Assembly: GCA_016840035.1 (NCBI GenBank)
Contig: JAEOTC010000038.1
Location: 78,760 to 142,759 of the forward strand
From: Candidatus Hodarchaeota archaeon
Lineage (GTDB): Archaea; Asgardarchaeota; Heimdallarchaeia; Hodarchaeales; Hodarchaeaceae
Direction of reading: 5' to 3'
DNA length: 64,000 bases
In this document: one piece after another, positions 18,952 to 28,421 of the stretch
How positions within the stretch are numbered: the stretch's first letter is position 1
How the letters are laid out: every line of letters begins with the position of its first letter
Made by a program: the position numbers and the translations under genes
The notes under the pieces: model-generated
The model's database searches: none
What the model saw: only the letters and a program-made list of their open reading frames with translations
Told to the model about the DNA's origin: nothing

Positions 18952-19473
18952 CTATTTTATTGCTTTCACTACCCCATATTTTCCTCGAGAGTAGGTTAAC
19001 ATTCCTTTATAACCCTCTAATCTCCATTGATTATCTATATGCAATGCCACAATTCGTGAAAGGAATAAATCGTGTGTCCCAAGGGGAATAATCTGTTCTA
19101 CCTTGCATTCCATACTCACTGGGCATTCTTTAATCGAGGGAATATTAACCATTTTACTTTCTTCTCTGGTGAAATTACACTCCGACCATTTATCTATGTC
19201 TCTTCCAGACTGTGTTCCACAAATTTCAACTTGTTTAAGTATTGTTTCTGTTGGAAAGTTAATTACAAATTCCTTGGTTTCTTTTATTAGAGAGTATGTG
19301 TACCTTCCAGGTCTCACTCCAATGGAAACAATGGGAGGATCAGAACAACATGTGCCAGCCCATGAAAGTGTAATAATGGATTCTTTTGTACCTTGTTTCG
19401 CTGATACTAATATAACTGGATTAGGATAAAAGAAAGTACTAATTTTAACTTCATTTTTCATAATGAAACTCAT
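18952..19473 (-). CDS. Flavin reductase-like protein
   Basis: YPNPVILVS, EFVINFP, G..SGRD.DK, ECPVSMEC, GTHDLF. Confidence 0.9.
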   Translation of the reverse strand: MSFIMKNEVKISTFFYPNPVILVSAKQGTKESIITLSWAGTCCSDPPIVSIGVRPGRYTYSLIKETKEFVINFPTETILKQVEICGTQSGRDIDKWSECNFTREESKMVNIPSIKECPVSMECKVEQIIPLGTHDLFLSRIVALHIDNQWRLEGYKGMLTYSRGKYGVVKAIK

Positions 19474-19608
19474 CCAATGTCGAGAGGTTTCTATTTTGTT
19501 ACCTTTAGAATGGATAATTTTACGATAATAAAGGAAGTAAAAAAGGCCTTGGTATATAAATCCCTTCCCAAATTAATAATGTTTCATGCCTCAGGTTGAG
19601 AAAACCAG

Positions 19609-19899
19609 CTATCTTTTAATATGATTTCCGCACCTTTCACAAAATCGTGATTCGGGAGATAATTGAGCTCCGCACTGAGTACAGAAACGAATTTGTTTCA
19701 TTTTTGGTTTTAAATCACTTTTTGGATCCTTTTTTTTCGCATAATCCGCCCAAGCTGATTTATGAGGATCTAATCCCTTTTCCTCAGCATATTTAAACCA
19801 TACAGACTTTTCTGTTCTCTTTTTTTTCAATTGCGCACCCCTGGCTGCCACTAGCAATGTTACTCCTTTAGTTAGGAATTCGATTGAATTATGCCTCAA
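19609..19899 (-). CDS. Small zinc-ribbon protein
   Basis: C-terminal FCTQCGAQL...SRFCERCG; start uncertain. Confidence 0.6.
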   Translation of the reverse strand: MRHNSIEFLTKGVTLLVAARGAQLKKKRTEKSVWFKYAEEKGLDPHKSAWADYAKKKDPKSDLKPKMKQIRFCTQCGAQLSPESRFCERCGNHIKR

Positions 19900-20095
19900 G
19901 GACTAAAAAAGGGTTATCATTACGGAATTCATACACTATTTTCTCGTAGGAATTCCACCTTTGCACAACTAAGACTTGAACAGGTGGAATTGCCCTTTAT
20001 AGCGGATTATAAAGAATTTAACTCCTTCTATTCACGTATTTCCTCCCAAAAACAGCAAAGATTTCTTAAAGACAGTTTCAAGGATAAAAATAGAG

Positions 20096-20193
20096 TGGTA
20101 GCGGCTGGAGGATTTGAACCATCCGATCTCGGGGTATCGCAAGAATTCCATCTTTATGAGCCCCGCGGGATAACCTAGCTACCCTAAGCCGCT
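20096..20193 (-). tRNA. Initiator tRNA-Met(CAT) with 19-nt intron (20136-20154) and encoded CCA
   Basis: A1-U72 acceptor AGCGGCT/AGCCGCT, G-C-rich anticodon stem CGGGG/CCCCG, relaxed BHB at 37/38. Confidence 0.92.
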
Positions 20194-20695
20194 AGTCCAA
20201 TCAGATAAGGAGACTTCCACATATGCAGGGAGAAGGATGTTTCTTTCTTTAGATGTTCAATACAAGCATCTCCAAGCAAAAGGAAAATACTAACAGATTC
20301 AATTTAACTTTTTCTAATAAAATATCCATCTACTATTCTATCCATTTTTTATAGTTAATAATCGAACTAGTTCCTATTCTTGATTTTTATCTTCAAATCT
20401 GAATTGGTTTAATCATTGTTGCATCTAGATATTCAGGTACATTTTTCAACATTCATGACTAATCTTCATAGGCAATCTTGAATATAGGAATAGAATTTTA
20501 CTGGATTAAAGCTTTCAATAATACTCATAGTAATTATGGATGAATCTTATGCTAAAAAGTATATATTATTCCTTTAGTAGCATGATCGATAAATCTTACA
20601 AGAATTTAGAAAGAAAGATGGACACTGAAAGAAACTGATAGAAAAAGTAAAGGAAGGATTAAATCATATTTTCTGTCTCAAACCCTCTAATTTAT

Positions 20696-21634
20696 ATTGA
20701 AAATAATCACCCGATTAAGATTTTCGATTCGCATGTCCATCTTTGGGGTCTTAGATACTTTAGCGAATATTTAGAATATATTAAGCAATTCGGTATTTGC
20801 AAAATAGTGGGAATAGGGGATCGGAAATTAAAACGTAAATTTGCTTCAAAGGGGCTCAGTGATAATATTGTTTTTTGTAACTACCTGAGCTCTTATGATT
20901 TTTTGAAATTTAATATAAAAAAGTTGCTGGATCAGATTGATAAGGCTCATGCCACTGGGATTAGCCATCTGAAAATTTTTGTAGGCCCGATGTTTCAATT
21001 TTTTACCAGAAATAAATCTTTCTTTAGAATTAATGATTCTAGATTAGACTCTGTATATTCACAGATAGAAAACTATGATATGACAGTTTTGATACACGTA
21101 GCAGATCCAGATATTTCGTACATGAAGAAATACAAGAACAAACAAAAATATGGATCGAAAACCGAAAGAATTAATGATTTTTCAGATATGCTCGATAAAT
21201 TTCCTAAGATTAGAATGATTTCTGCTCATTTAGGATGTTTACCAGAAGATGTTGACAAATTAGGAGATTTATTAGAAAGACATCCCCAGCTTTATGTTGA
21301 TACCGCATCTACTCGTTGGATGATACGTGAGCTTGGAAAAAACGTAAGTAGATCTAAAGAATGGTTAGAAAAATATCAAGATAGAATATTATTTGGTTCA
21401 GATCTCGGGAATTTCGAATTCAATTTAAAATTCTTCATGAGTAAGAAGCGTCGTGAATATTACTGGGGTAGTAGGTACTGGTCTCAACGATTATTCTGGG
21501 AAACATCTCACCAGACTCCTTTACCCTTTAAGGACAAGGATAATCCAGAAGGAACAATTATAAAAGGATTAAATCTGTCAGAATCGACATTAAAAAAATT
21601 ATATTTTGGAAATGCATCAAAAATTCTAGACTGA
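20696..21634 (+). CDS. Amidohydrolase-family (Amidohydro_2) protein
   Basis: In-frame FDSHVH upstream of the track start (20807), LIHVADP, AHLG, RILFGSD; true start approximate. Confidence 0.85.
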   Translation: MENNHPIKIFDSHVHLWGLRYFSEYLEYIKQFGICKIVGIGDRKLKRKFASKGLSDNIVFCNYLSSYDFLKFNIKKLLDQIDKAHATGISHLKIFVGPMFQFFTRNKSFFRINDSRLDSVYSQIENYDMTVLIHVADPDISYMKKYKNKQKYGSKTERINDFSDMLDKFPKIRMISAHLGCLPEDVDKLGDLLERHPQLYVDTASTRWMIRELGKNVSRSKEWLEKYQDRILFGSDLGNFEFNLKFFMSKKRREYYWGSRYWSQRLFWETSHQTPLPFKDKDNPEGTIIKGLNLSESTLKKLYFGNASKILD

Positions 21635-21774
21635 TTGGATTCTCTCTAAAGAAAATTCTGAATGATCTGTTTTCATATTCCTTTATCTGTGCTATTACCT
21701 TATAATTTCCTTTTATACCCGAAAATTATACATTGATTCTGAATTACTCGTGATATATCACTTGTTGATAGTAA

Positions 21775-22182
21775 CTAATTCAGGAAACCTATCATAAGTA
21801 TTCCTAGACCGAAGCATATTAACGCTGCTAATATCGTAGGTAGGTCTCTCATCTGCCTAGTTATTATTTCATCAGAATACCGTGTGGGACCACTAGGAGC
21901 TCGACCCCATTGTGTTGTCATTACTGCAACACTTTTTGTACGCTGAGCGGTAAATGATAACGCCAGAAGGACTATGATCCCAGTAAGTGTCAAAATAGTC
22001 GCAAAAGTTAGAAACAAGTCGTGTAAATTTGATGAACTTAGAACATTTGTGAGGTTTGGTGAACCAAACACGATAAAAATAATAATTGACAATGGAATGT
22101 CAAATAATAGAAATTTATTTAGTACTTTGACAACAAGTCGTACTACGGATCTAAACTCTCCTCGATCAGGTGTTAAATTCAT
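21775..22182 (-). CDS. Small membrane protein
   Basis: 135 aa, three hydrophobic segments. Confidence 0.6.
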   Translation of the reverse strand: MNLTPDRGEFRSVVRLVVKVLNKFLLFDIPLSIIIFIVFGSPNLTNVLSSSNLHDLFLTFATILTLTGIIVLLALSFTAQRTKSVAVMTTQWGRAPSGPTRYSDEIITRQMRDLPTILAALICFGLGILMIGFLN

Positions 22183-22283
22183 TTTGACTCACAATACTCA
22201 ACGGAGAGAAGTATGGTATATATAATGCCTGATACTGGAATCCAATGAGTGAAAGATGATTGTATTTGTTAGTATTTGAGTCT

Positions 22284-22652
22284 TTACTCGAAGAAAAATG
22301 CCTTGAATTCAGTATCTTGCTGTAATAGTTCTGTCACCTGGAGACCTAAAGGTGTTAATTGCCACCCTTTCTCTCCCCGTTCGACTAATCCTATATCTAA
22401 AAGTGAGCGACTATACTTCCCAGTTCGAATGTGACTTCTTATTGTGTCTAAACCGACCCCTATGATTTTACTCAATCTTTTATAGCCAACGGAGTCACGG
22501 TATAATTCGATCAAAATACGTTTTTTCGTACGCCCCAATCGTTCCATGATTTCCTTCGGATCTTGAGCAATTGCTGAATCTTCAGTATGTTTTATATCAT
22601 TATTAACATCAGAATTCGATAAATCACTTTTAGGGTCTTCTTTATCCGCCAT
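22284..22652 (-). CDS. Winged helix-turn-helix protein
   Basis: IL.EL...GY..LS..IGV..DTIRSH...GLVER....WQLTPLG. Confidence 0.7.
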   Translation of the reverse strand: MADKEDPKSDLSNSDVNNDIKHTEDSAIAQDPKEIMERLGRTKKRILIELYRDSVGYKRLSKIIGVGLDTIRSHIRTGKYSRSLLDIGLVERGEKGWQLTPLGLQVTELLQQDTEFKAFFFE

Positions 22653-22695
22653 ATTGAAATCCCAAAGATACCATTAGTAAAGAATGCGAAATAAT

Positions 22696-22998
22696 TTAGG
22701 CTCTTTGAAGTTCAGATCTTCTTGCTCTGGGTCGGCTACGAATCCATTTTTTCCCGCATTCTTCACATGTAATTCGGATATCAACCTTCTTGGTAGTTTT
22801 TGAGGTCATATTTCGTGAAGCGATTGGTCTTCGAGAATAACGTCCATGATTTCCAATTCGAGAAGTCCATCGAGCCATACGTCGACTTCCTTGCCCCATT
22901 CCACCTCCACGTTGTTTCGCTTTTTCAAGTTTCACTGCTTGAACTGTATGTTTATTGCAATGTGGACAGAATGTTCGCATCTTTGCGGGAATTTTCAC
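22696..22998 (-). CDS. rpl44e: 50S ribosomal protein L44e (eL42)
   Basis: MKIP....TFCPHCNKHT, KTTKKVDIR..CEECGK. Confidence 0.95.
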   Translation of the reverse strand: MKIPAKMRTFCPHCNKHTVQAVKLEKAKQRGGGMGQGSRRMARWTSRIGNHGRYSRRPIASRNMTSKTTKKVDIRITCEECGKKWIRSRPRARRSELQRA

Positions 22999-23187
22999 CT
23001 TAATTAGCTCCAGTCCGATTACCGTTTTATCCCTTCTGTAAATGTAAGAAGGTTGTTAGTAACTCACTTTTTCCCTAATGTTAAAAACTTCTGCTTTTCT
23101 GATGACTATTCCCTATATTTTTGTTATTCTGCAGACTCCTGCGATAGTCCTAAAAAGTTGATGTTGTTCCACTGAATTTGAACTGAC

Positions 23188-24321
23188 TTGCCTTTAGACA
23201 AAAAGTACAAAACAATTTTTGAATCAGGGATATTATTAGGGTCAGCTGTAATCCTAGCGATTATTATATCACTATCATTAGTAGGTTTTCTCGGTAATTC
23301 GTCTATGCCCAATGTGGCTGTATCTACATATAGTATGATGCCGATTTATAAGGGATTTGAAGGTTCAACTACCCTACACCCACTTCAGGGGGATATCCTC
23401 TTAGTAAAAAATGTTCCAGCCGAATCTCTGGAAATTGGAGATGTGATTGTATTTGATACACCCTCCATTCCTGATCCTGTAGTACATAGGATAATAGCGC
23501 GGTGGCAGAATAGTTCAGGTCATTTCTTCTTCAAAACTAATGGAGATAACAAAGAAACAAATAAATATCCTGATTCGTGGACTGTTCATGAAAAAGACGT
23601 TATTGGCAAGGTTGTCATTCGAATCCCTCATATAGGATGGTTCCTACTAACTTTACAAACAAATTTAGGTAAAATTTTGATCCTTTCTCTAGCTATTCTG
23701 GTTTTATTTGGAGAGGATATCTTTGGTTATCTCGGTCTTACAAAGAAAGAGGATAATAACAGCTCTACACGAACCGAACTACAAAAAAATGGGAATTCCG
23801 AAGCTAAAAAACCATCCAGATCGTATATTAATATTATAAAAAGGAAAGAATCAATCTACATATTTTTGGGAACAAGCATATTCCTAATATTTATCTTTAG
23901 TAATTTCTTGGCTGGATTCTCGCAGACCCCTTCAATTGATGTTTTTAAAATCAATGATTCGGCAGAGAGCAATAGTCTTCTAGATTCTTCACCTGATTCA
24001 CTTATGTCTCTCAATCCTCAAGGGGAATGGACAGAAATAATTGAAAATTTTCCACAGAGAGTCTATTTCTATCCAATATTGATTAAGCTTCGATCAGGGG
24101 GAATTTTCAATAATATACATTACTTTGAAATTCGTGTTAACCAAAATCAAGGTCTTTATAGATGGACAATCGTCAATAATTATATCGGAACCCATACAAT
24201 AAGCGGGGGAATCATTTCGCAAATAAACGGAACTGTTAACATCTCTATTCACTTATATTCAAGAGGTTTGTTTGCAAGCCCAATACAAACGTTTACTTTT
24301 CCATTATTTCTTCAAGGTTAG
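23188..24321 (+). CDS. Signal peptidase I (Sec11/SipW type) with C-terminal extension
   Basis: VSTYSM.P, GD.IVF, PVVHRI, TNGDN, VIGKV..RIP.IG. Confidence 0.88.
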   Translation: MPLDKKYKTIFESGILLGSAVILAIIISLSLVGFLGNSSMPNVAVSTYSMMPIYKGFEGSTTLHPLQGDILLVKNVPAESLEIGDVIVFDTPSIPDPVVHRIIARWQNSSGHFFFKTNGDNKETNKYPDSWTVHEKDVIGKVVIRIPHIGWFLLTLQTNLGKILILSLAILVLFGEDIFGYLGLTKKEDNNSSTRTELQKNGNSEAKKPSRSYINIIKRKESIYIFLGTSIFLIFIFSNFLAGFSQTPSIDVFKINDSAESNSLLDSSPDSLMSLNPQGEWTEIIENFPQRVYFYPILIKLRSGGIFNNIHYFEIRVNQNQGLYRWTIVNNYIGTHTISGGIISQINGTVNISIHLYSRGLFASPIQTFTFPLFLQG

Positions 24322-24331
24322 TGCATTCATC

Positions 24332-25087
24332 ATGGTAAACATATGTTATTTAGTTGGTACAGCAGGTTCAGGAAAAACTATGCTGATTTCATCTCTTCAG
24401 CAATATCTAAAACAAAAAGGAGCAAGTTTGACAATAGTTAACCTTGATCCTGCCGTTCGACATATCCCTTATCAAGCTGATATAGATATAAGAGACTATA
24501 TTGATTTTGATCAGCTTGTAGATGAATACAAACTTGGACCAAATGGGGCGTTAATAGCTGCGACTGATCTTGTTGCCGATTACATAAATGATATCAGAGA
24601 AAACGTTGAGGAGTTAGGAGAAAGTTCCGATATCGTATTAGTAGATACTCCGGGTCAAGTGGAACTTTTTGCTTACCGAAACGCGAGTATAAGAATCACC
24701 AAGAGCTTTCCAACAGATTCAACTTTACTTGCCTTTTTGTTTGATTCTGCCTTGGTTTCGAATATTTCAGGCTATTTGTCTGTAAACCTGTTAGCGACTT
24801 CTGTACAAATTCGTTTGAACTTACCTATTATTCATGTAATGTCAAAAACCGATTTACTTAAACCTCATCAAGTTGATGATATTTTGGATTGGAGAGAAAA
24901 TCCGTATGATGCCATTGATCAGCTATACGGAATGAACCGTGAATTTGCATTCAAAACTGGCCAAATTTTTGAAGATATGGGCGATATACCCTTAATACCT
25001 GTTAGCTCATTGTCTGGAGAAGGATTAGAGCTTCTCAGCGCTCAATTAAGCAGAACTTTTTCTGCGGGGGATGATTGGTCCATTTAA
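24332..25087 (+). CDS. GPN-loop GTPase
   Basis: GTAGSGKT, NLDPA, LGPNGA, DTPGQVELF, SKTD; ATG at 24332. Confidence 0.93.
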   Translation: MVNICYLVGTAGSGKTMLISSLQQYLKQKGASLTIVNLDPAVRHIPYQADIDIRDYIDFDQLVDEYKLGPNGALIAATDLVADYINDIRENVEELGESSDIVLVDTPGQVELFAYRNASIRITKSFPTDSTLLAFLFDSALVSNISGYLSVNLLATSVQIRLNLPIIHVMSKTDLLKPHQVDDILDWRENPYDAIDQLYGMNREFAFKTGQIFEDMGDIPLIPVSSLSGEGLELLSAQLSRTFSAGDDWSI

Positions 25088-25098
25088 TCGCTATTTCT

Positions 25099-25500
25099 CT
25101 AGTGTATGGGTCCAGGAAGCATCCAAATTAGAGAAGTAATCACGATGAATAACAAGGTGAATGTAAATGTCCCCGAAAAGATTAATCGTTTCTGATCAAC
25201 TTCTTCAGGAGTAATCCTTAAACCTAGTCTGACAAATGTAATGCAAATCCCTAAACCAGAAAGCCAGAAGAGAAACCATGATCCAGGAGAAATTGCAGGA
25301 AAAAGGACAAATGTGCTTCCAGTTATTATACCACTGATTGCACCGAAAATTACTTTTGTATAATACATCTGAGTGTTGGGAGACAGTCCTTTGAAATTGA
25401 AGTTTGATCTTTTCACTGGGGCGCTGATAATTTCATCCTCGGGCTTTTGACTTATCCTCCGGATCTTCCTCTGACTGATATTTCGTCGTTCTCTTGACAT
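25099..25500 (-). CDS. EMC6/OPTI (Rab5ip)-like small membrane protein
   Basis: YYTKVIFGAISGIITG ... LIFSG.FTF.LLFIV..SLIW resembles the EMC6/C20orf24 TM1 and TM3 patterns. Confidence 0.55.
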   Translation of the reverse strand: MSRERRNISQRKIRRISQKPEDEIISAPVKRSNFNFKGLSPNTQMYYTKVIFGAISGIITGSTFVLFPAISPGSWFLFWLSGLGICITFVRLGLRITPEEVDQKRLIFSGTFTFTLLFIVITSLIWMLPGPIH

Positions 25501-25786
25501 GATTACTTCCTTCTTTATAAAATGTTACAAGTTTCGGTTAAATTGAGGAATATTTGAATATACGAATTATGTATACATATTAAGGTCATAAATGACAATA
25601 ATAGATGATTAGAAACAAAGTTTTAATTTTTGTGAGAGCGGCTAGTAACTAACTCAGAAGTCAAGAATTAAAGAAATTAAGTTTTAATCTTTAATTATGG
25701 ATATTCCTTAATACCCATAAAATCACTATTAATATTCGTAGACATAATTACTATAATTAGTATGAAATAGTGGGTTGCTTTGAAAA

Positions 25787-26401
25787 ATGAGTTATTCTGG
25801 AGAATATTTAGTTAAGCTTGCTAGAAGGACTATTGAGACTTTTTTAAGAAGCAAAATCAAAATCAAGTCACCCAAAGATGCTCCTTCTGATCTCAAGGAT
25901 CAATCAGGAGTTTTTGTTACCCTCCACCGTATTGACCAAGGCGATAAACCAGTTTTAAGGGGGTGTATTGGAAGAATACAGAGCCCAGGAAGTACTCTTA
26001 TTCAATCTACTATTGATTCAGCAATAGATGCAATAATTCATGATTATCGCTTTCCTAATGTCACGTACTCTGAATTAGACAAGATAACCATAGAAGTTAC
26101 TGTATTATCCATCCCAAAAAAAATCGAAGTAAACGACCCAGAAGAGTATTTCGACATAATAGAAATTGGTCGTCATGGATTAATTGCGGAGAGGGGTTCA
26201 ATTCAGCGTGGATTATTGTTACCACAAGTACCTGTTGAACAGGGGTGGGACATCAAATCATACTTAGATTATGTATGCCAAAAAGCAGGTTTACCATCTA
26301 ATTCTTGGCAAAATCTCGAAACAGCGATTTCATCCTTCGAGGGATTTATATTTTCAGAAATTTCTCCCAATGGAGAGATAAAGCCAAAATTAAGTCATTG
26401 A
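25787..26401 (+). CDS. AMMECR1-domain protein
   Basis: GVFVTL, LRGCIG, D.RF, IEVTVLS, G.LLPQV..EQGW. Confidence 0.93.
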   Translation: MSYSGEYLVKLARRTIETFLRSKIKIKSPKDAPSDLKDQSGVFVTLHRIDQGDKPVLRGCIGRIQSPGSTLIQSTIDSAIDAIIHDYRFPNVTYSELDKITIEVTVLSIPKKIEVNDPEEYFDIIEIGRHGLIAERGSIQRGLLLPQVPVEQGWDIKSYLDYVCQKAGLPSNSWQNLETAISSFEGFIFSEISPNGEIKPKLSH

Positions 26402-27507
26402 GCTAAGATAATATCGAGTACTTCCCGAATTTTTTTGAGATCAAGGTCTTTAGGGAGGGATATTGCGAGTTTAGTTTGGTACTCACAACAAGGAGTATTT
26501 GGTAAATTTTCGCAGGAAGGTTCAACTCCATGAAACCCGAATTGCATGGGCCGTAAGGCCGTTATGTCCACCTCAGATTCTAGTGTTCTTAAAGCTTCTA
26601 AACTGATAAATTCATCATTAAAATTAAATGACGTTGGACTTATGATTGCTTGAACAACTTCATCTGACAAGTATTTTCGACAGATTGTTTCACAAATATA
26701 TTGGCAATAGAAACAAAGATTCTTTCCAGCCTTAAACACGTCAAATAATGGTTTTAAATCAACGAATGAAAGTACTGGAGAGAAATTTGATTCTACATAT
26801 CGAACATACTTTTCTTCCGAGCTTTTCTCAGTTTTAAAGAACAGAGGAATGATCTTTACTCCTCTCTTCTTCATAAGCCAAGCTGATAAAATTGAGTTAA
26901 TATTTGGACGAAGTAAAGCTAATGCAGCTCCCTGAGAAGTAGAGGGTATCCCGTCGATACCATAATTAATCTCTGAATAAATGAATGCTAAATTTCCACG
27001 AATATCAAGGAAAATTTCTGTATCTGGGTTAGTAAGATCTACACGAAGTCCAAGGATATCAGAATCTAGAATATCACTCCCTAATTTCGCAGCAATCTCC
27101 ATGGATGAATAGGCGTGTACGCCTTCACGACGTGCCCTCACGGCAAAAGTACTCTGAGGTAATAAGTATTTTTTAACTTCCTTTACTCCATTAACCAGGA
27201 TTTCCTCTTCACTACTCTCACTCACGAAAACTCGGCTTATTGACGAAATCCCACTGATTTGGCTGGTAATCGTTTTGTCAATTGCTCGAGGGAAGTCATC
27301 AGTACTGAATGCAATCAATAGCCGTCCACGGAAATCAACTATCGAATAGGATAAATCAAACCTCTCTAAAAGTGAATTAAGATTCGACCGTAGTAAGCTA
27401 ATCATTCGCCGTCTGGTTCGACGACTTTTGATACCTAACTCCCCTCCCAATCTAAGCAATAGAACATATCTACCGATTAGATTAGAGTATGGTTGATTGT
27501 GCTCCAA
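26395..27507 (-). CDS. THUMP-domain ThiI-like protein with degenerate PP-loop
   Basis: GELGIKS..TR, THUMP (TFAVRARR, VDLTNPD), GIDGIP...QG; LLRPNINS where SGGxDS is expected. Confidence 0.8.
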   Translation of the reverse strand: MEHNQPYSNLIGRYVLLLRLGGELGIKSRRTRRRMISLLRSNLNSLLERFDLSYSIVDFRGRLLIAFSTDDFPRAIDKTITSQISGISSISRVFVSESSEEEILVNGVKEVKKYLLPQSTFAVRARREGVHAYSSMEIAAKLGSDILDSDILGLRVDLTNPDTEIFLDIRGNLAFIYSEINYGIDGIPSTSQGAALALLRPNINSILSAWLMKKRGVKIIPLFFKTEKSSEEKYVRYVESNFSPVLSFVDLKPLFDVFKAGKNLCFYCQYICETICRKYLSDEVVQAIISPTSFNFNDEFISLEALRTLESEVDITALRPMQFGFHGVEPSCENLPNTPCCEYQTKLAISLPKDLDLKKIREVLDIILAQ

Positions 27508-27574
27508 TGTTAACCCAATAGTATTTGGATAAGAGACTTCAAGGAACTACACATATCATTATTTTGAACAGGAC

Positions 27575-27646
27575 ATGAGCGATTCAGAGTAACTATAATC
27601 TATCATAGCAAAGCTCATACTTGTCAGGTTTCATCATTACGCTCAT
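27575..27646 (-). ncRNA. Box C/D methylation-guide sRNA (dual guide, LSU H69/H71)
   Basis: Terminal stem ATGAGCG/CGCTCAT; C ATGATGA, 12-nt guide, D' ATGA, C' ATGATAG, 12-nt guide, D CTGA; guides complementary to conserved LSU rRNA. Confidence 0.88.
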
Positions 27647-27663
27647 AGACTGTTGGGATCTAT

Positions 27664-28080
27664 TTAATCCTCAATATCAGTGTCGTCTTCTTTGAGTTCC
27701 TCTGAAGATCTTATTAATTCAGCCATGGAATATTGTTGATCAAATTTTTTCCAGATTGAGGAGACTATAACTTCGTCTAAGCCTTTTATCTTCTTTGTGA
27801 CAACTTTTTTAGCTGCATCTCGCTTCTCTGGTAATTCTGTGAAACCCCACATAGCTGCTGGAACAGCTTCTGGGTTTTTTTCAATTATATATACTGTACC
27901 CTCCTGTTGTTGAAAAGAAAAAAACTGTGGTTGAATAAGTGGACAATCAGATAGCTTATGCAGTCCAGTAACTGTGAATAGGTGATTACATCTTGTTTTC
28001 TCAGGGGATGTAGCAGATGACTTAAATGCGCAATGACCTTTGTCAAGGTATCTCCATGCTGTAATTAATTCAGTTTTCAT
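27664..28080 (-). CDS. Mak16 / ribosomal L28e-family protein
   Basis: W.....GHCAF...C....TVTGL....CPL...G.VY...K.PE..PA..W..L aligns by eye with the yeast Mak16 N-terminus. Confidence 0.75.
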   Translation of the reverse strand: MKTELITAWRYLDKGHCAFKSSATSPEKTRCNHLFTVTGLHKLSDCPLIQPQFFSFQQQEGTVYIIEKNPEAVPAAMWGFTELPEKRDAAKKVVTKKIKGLDEVIVSSIWKKFDQQYSMAELIRSSEELKEDDTDIED

Positions 28081-28136
28081 TATTGGTCACTTTTTGTTCT
28101 TGAAAGTCGATATAATTTCGTATTTGTTGAGATAAT

Positions 28137-28209
28137 AGCCGCTGGTGGGACTTGAACCCACGGCCAACAGATTACAAGTCTGTCGCTCTACCAACTAAGC
28201 CACAGCGGC
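28137..28209 (-). tRNA. tRNA-Thr(TGT)
   Basis: GCCGCTG/CAGCGGC acceptor, ACAGA-CTTGTAA-TCTGT arm, GGTTCAAGTCC. Confidence 0.95.
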
Positions 28210-28421
28210 AAACTCTGCAGTTAAATCTATTTTAAATAATAGATCTTTGTTGATAGGATGATTAAGTTTGTTTAATTCGGCTTAGGTTTGGATAATAATA
28301 TAGGGGACATCCTATACACTATTCAACCTACAGGTGGCTTCTATCTCCACTCCTTTAAACTCCTCTTAAATTTGTTTAAAACATTCTCCAATAAGGGCTA
28401 GTCAGAAAGAAGCTATTCTTC

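Noticed and set aside
19891-20178. 95-aa plus-strand ORF
   Set aside because: Runs antisense through tRNA-iMet; no motif
20430-20475. Possible C/D sRNA (ATGAAGA...CTGA on the minus strand)
   Set aside because: Only about 26 nt between boxes, no C'/D' pair and no recognisable rRNA complementarity
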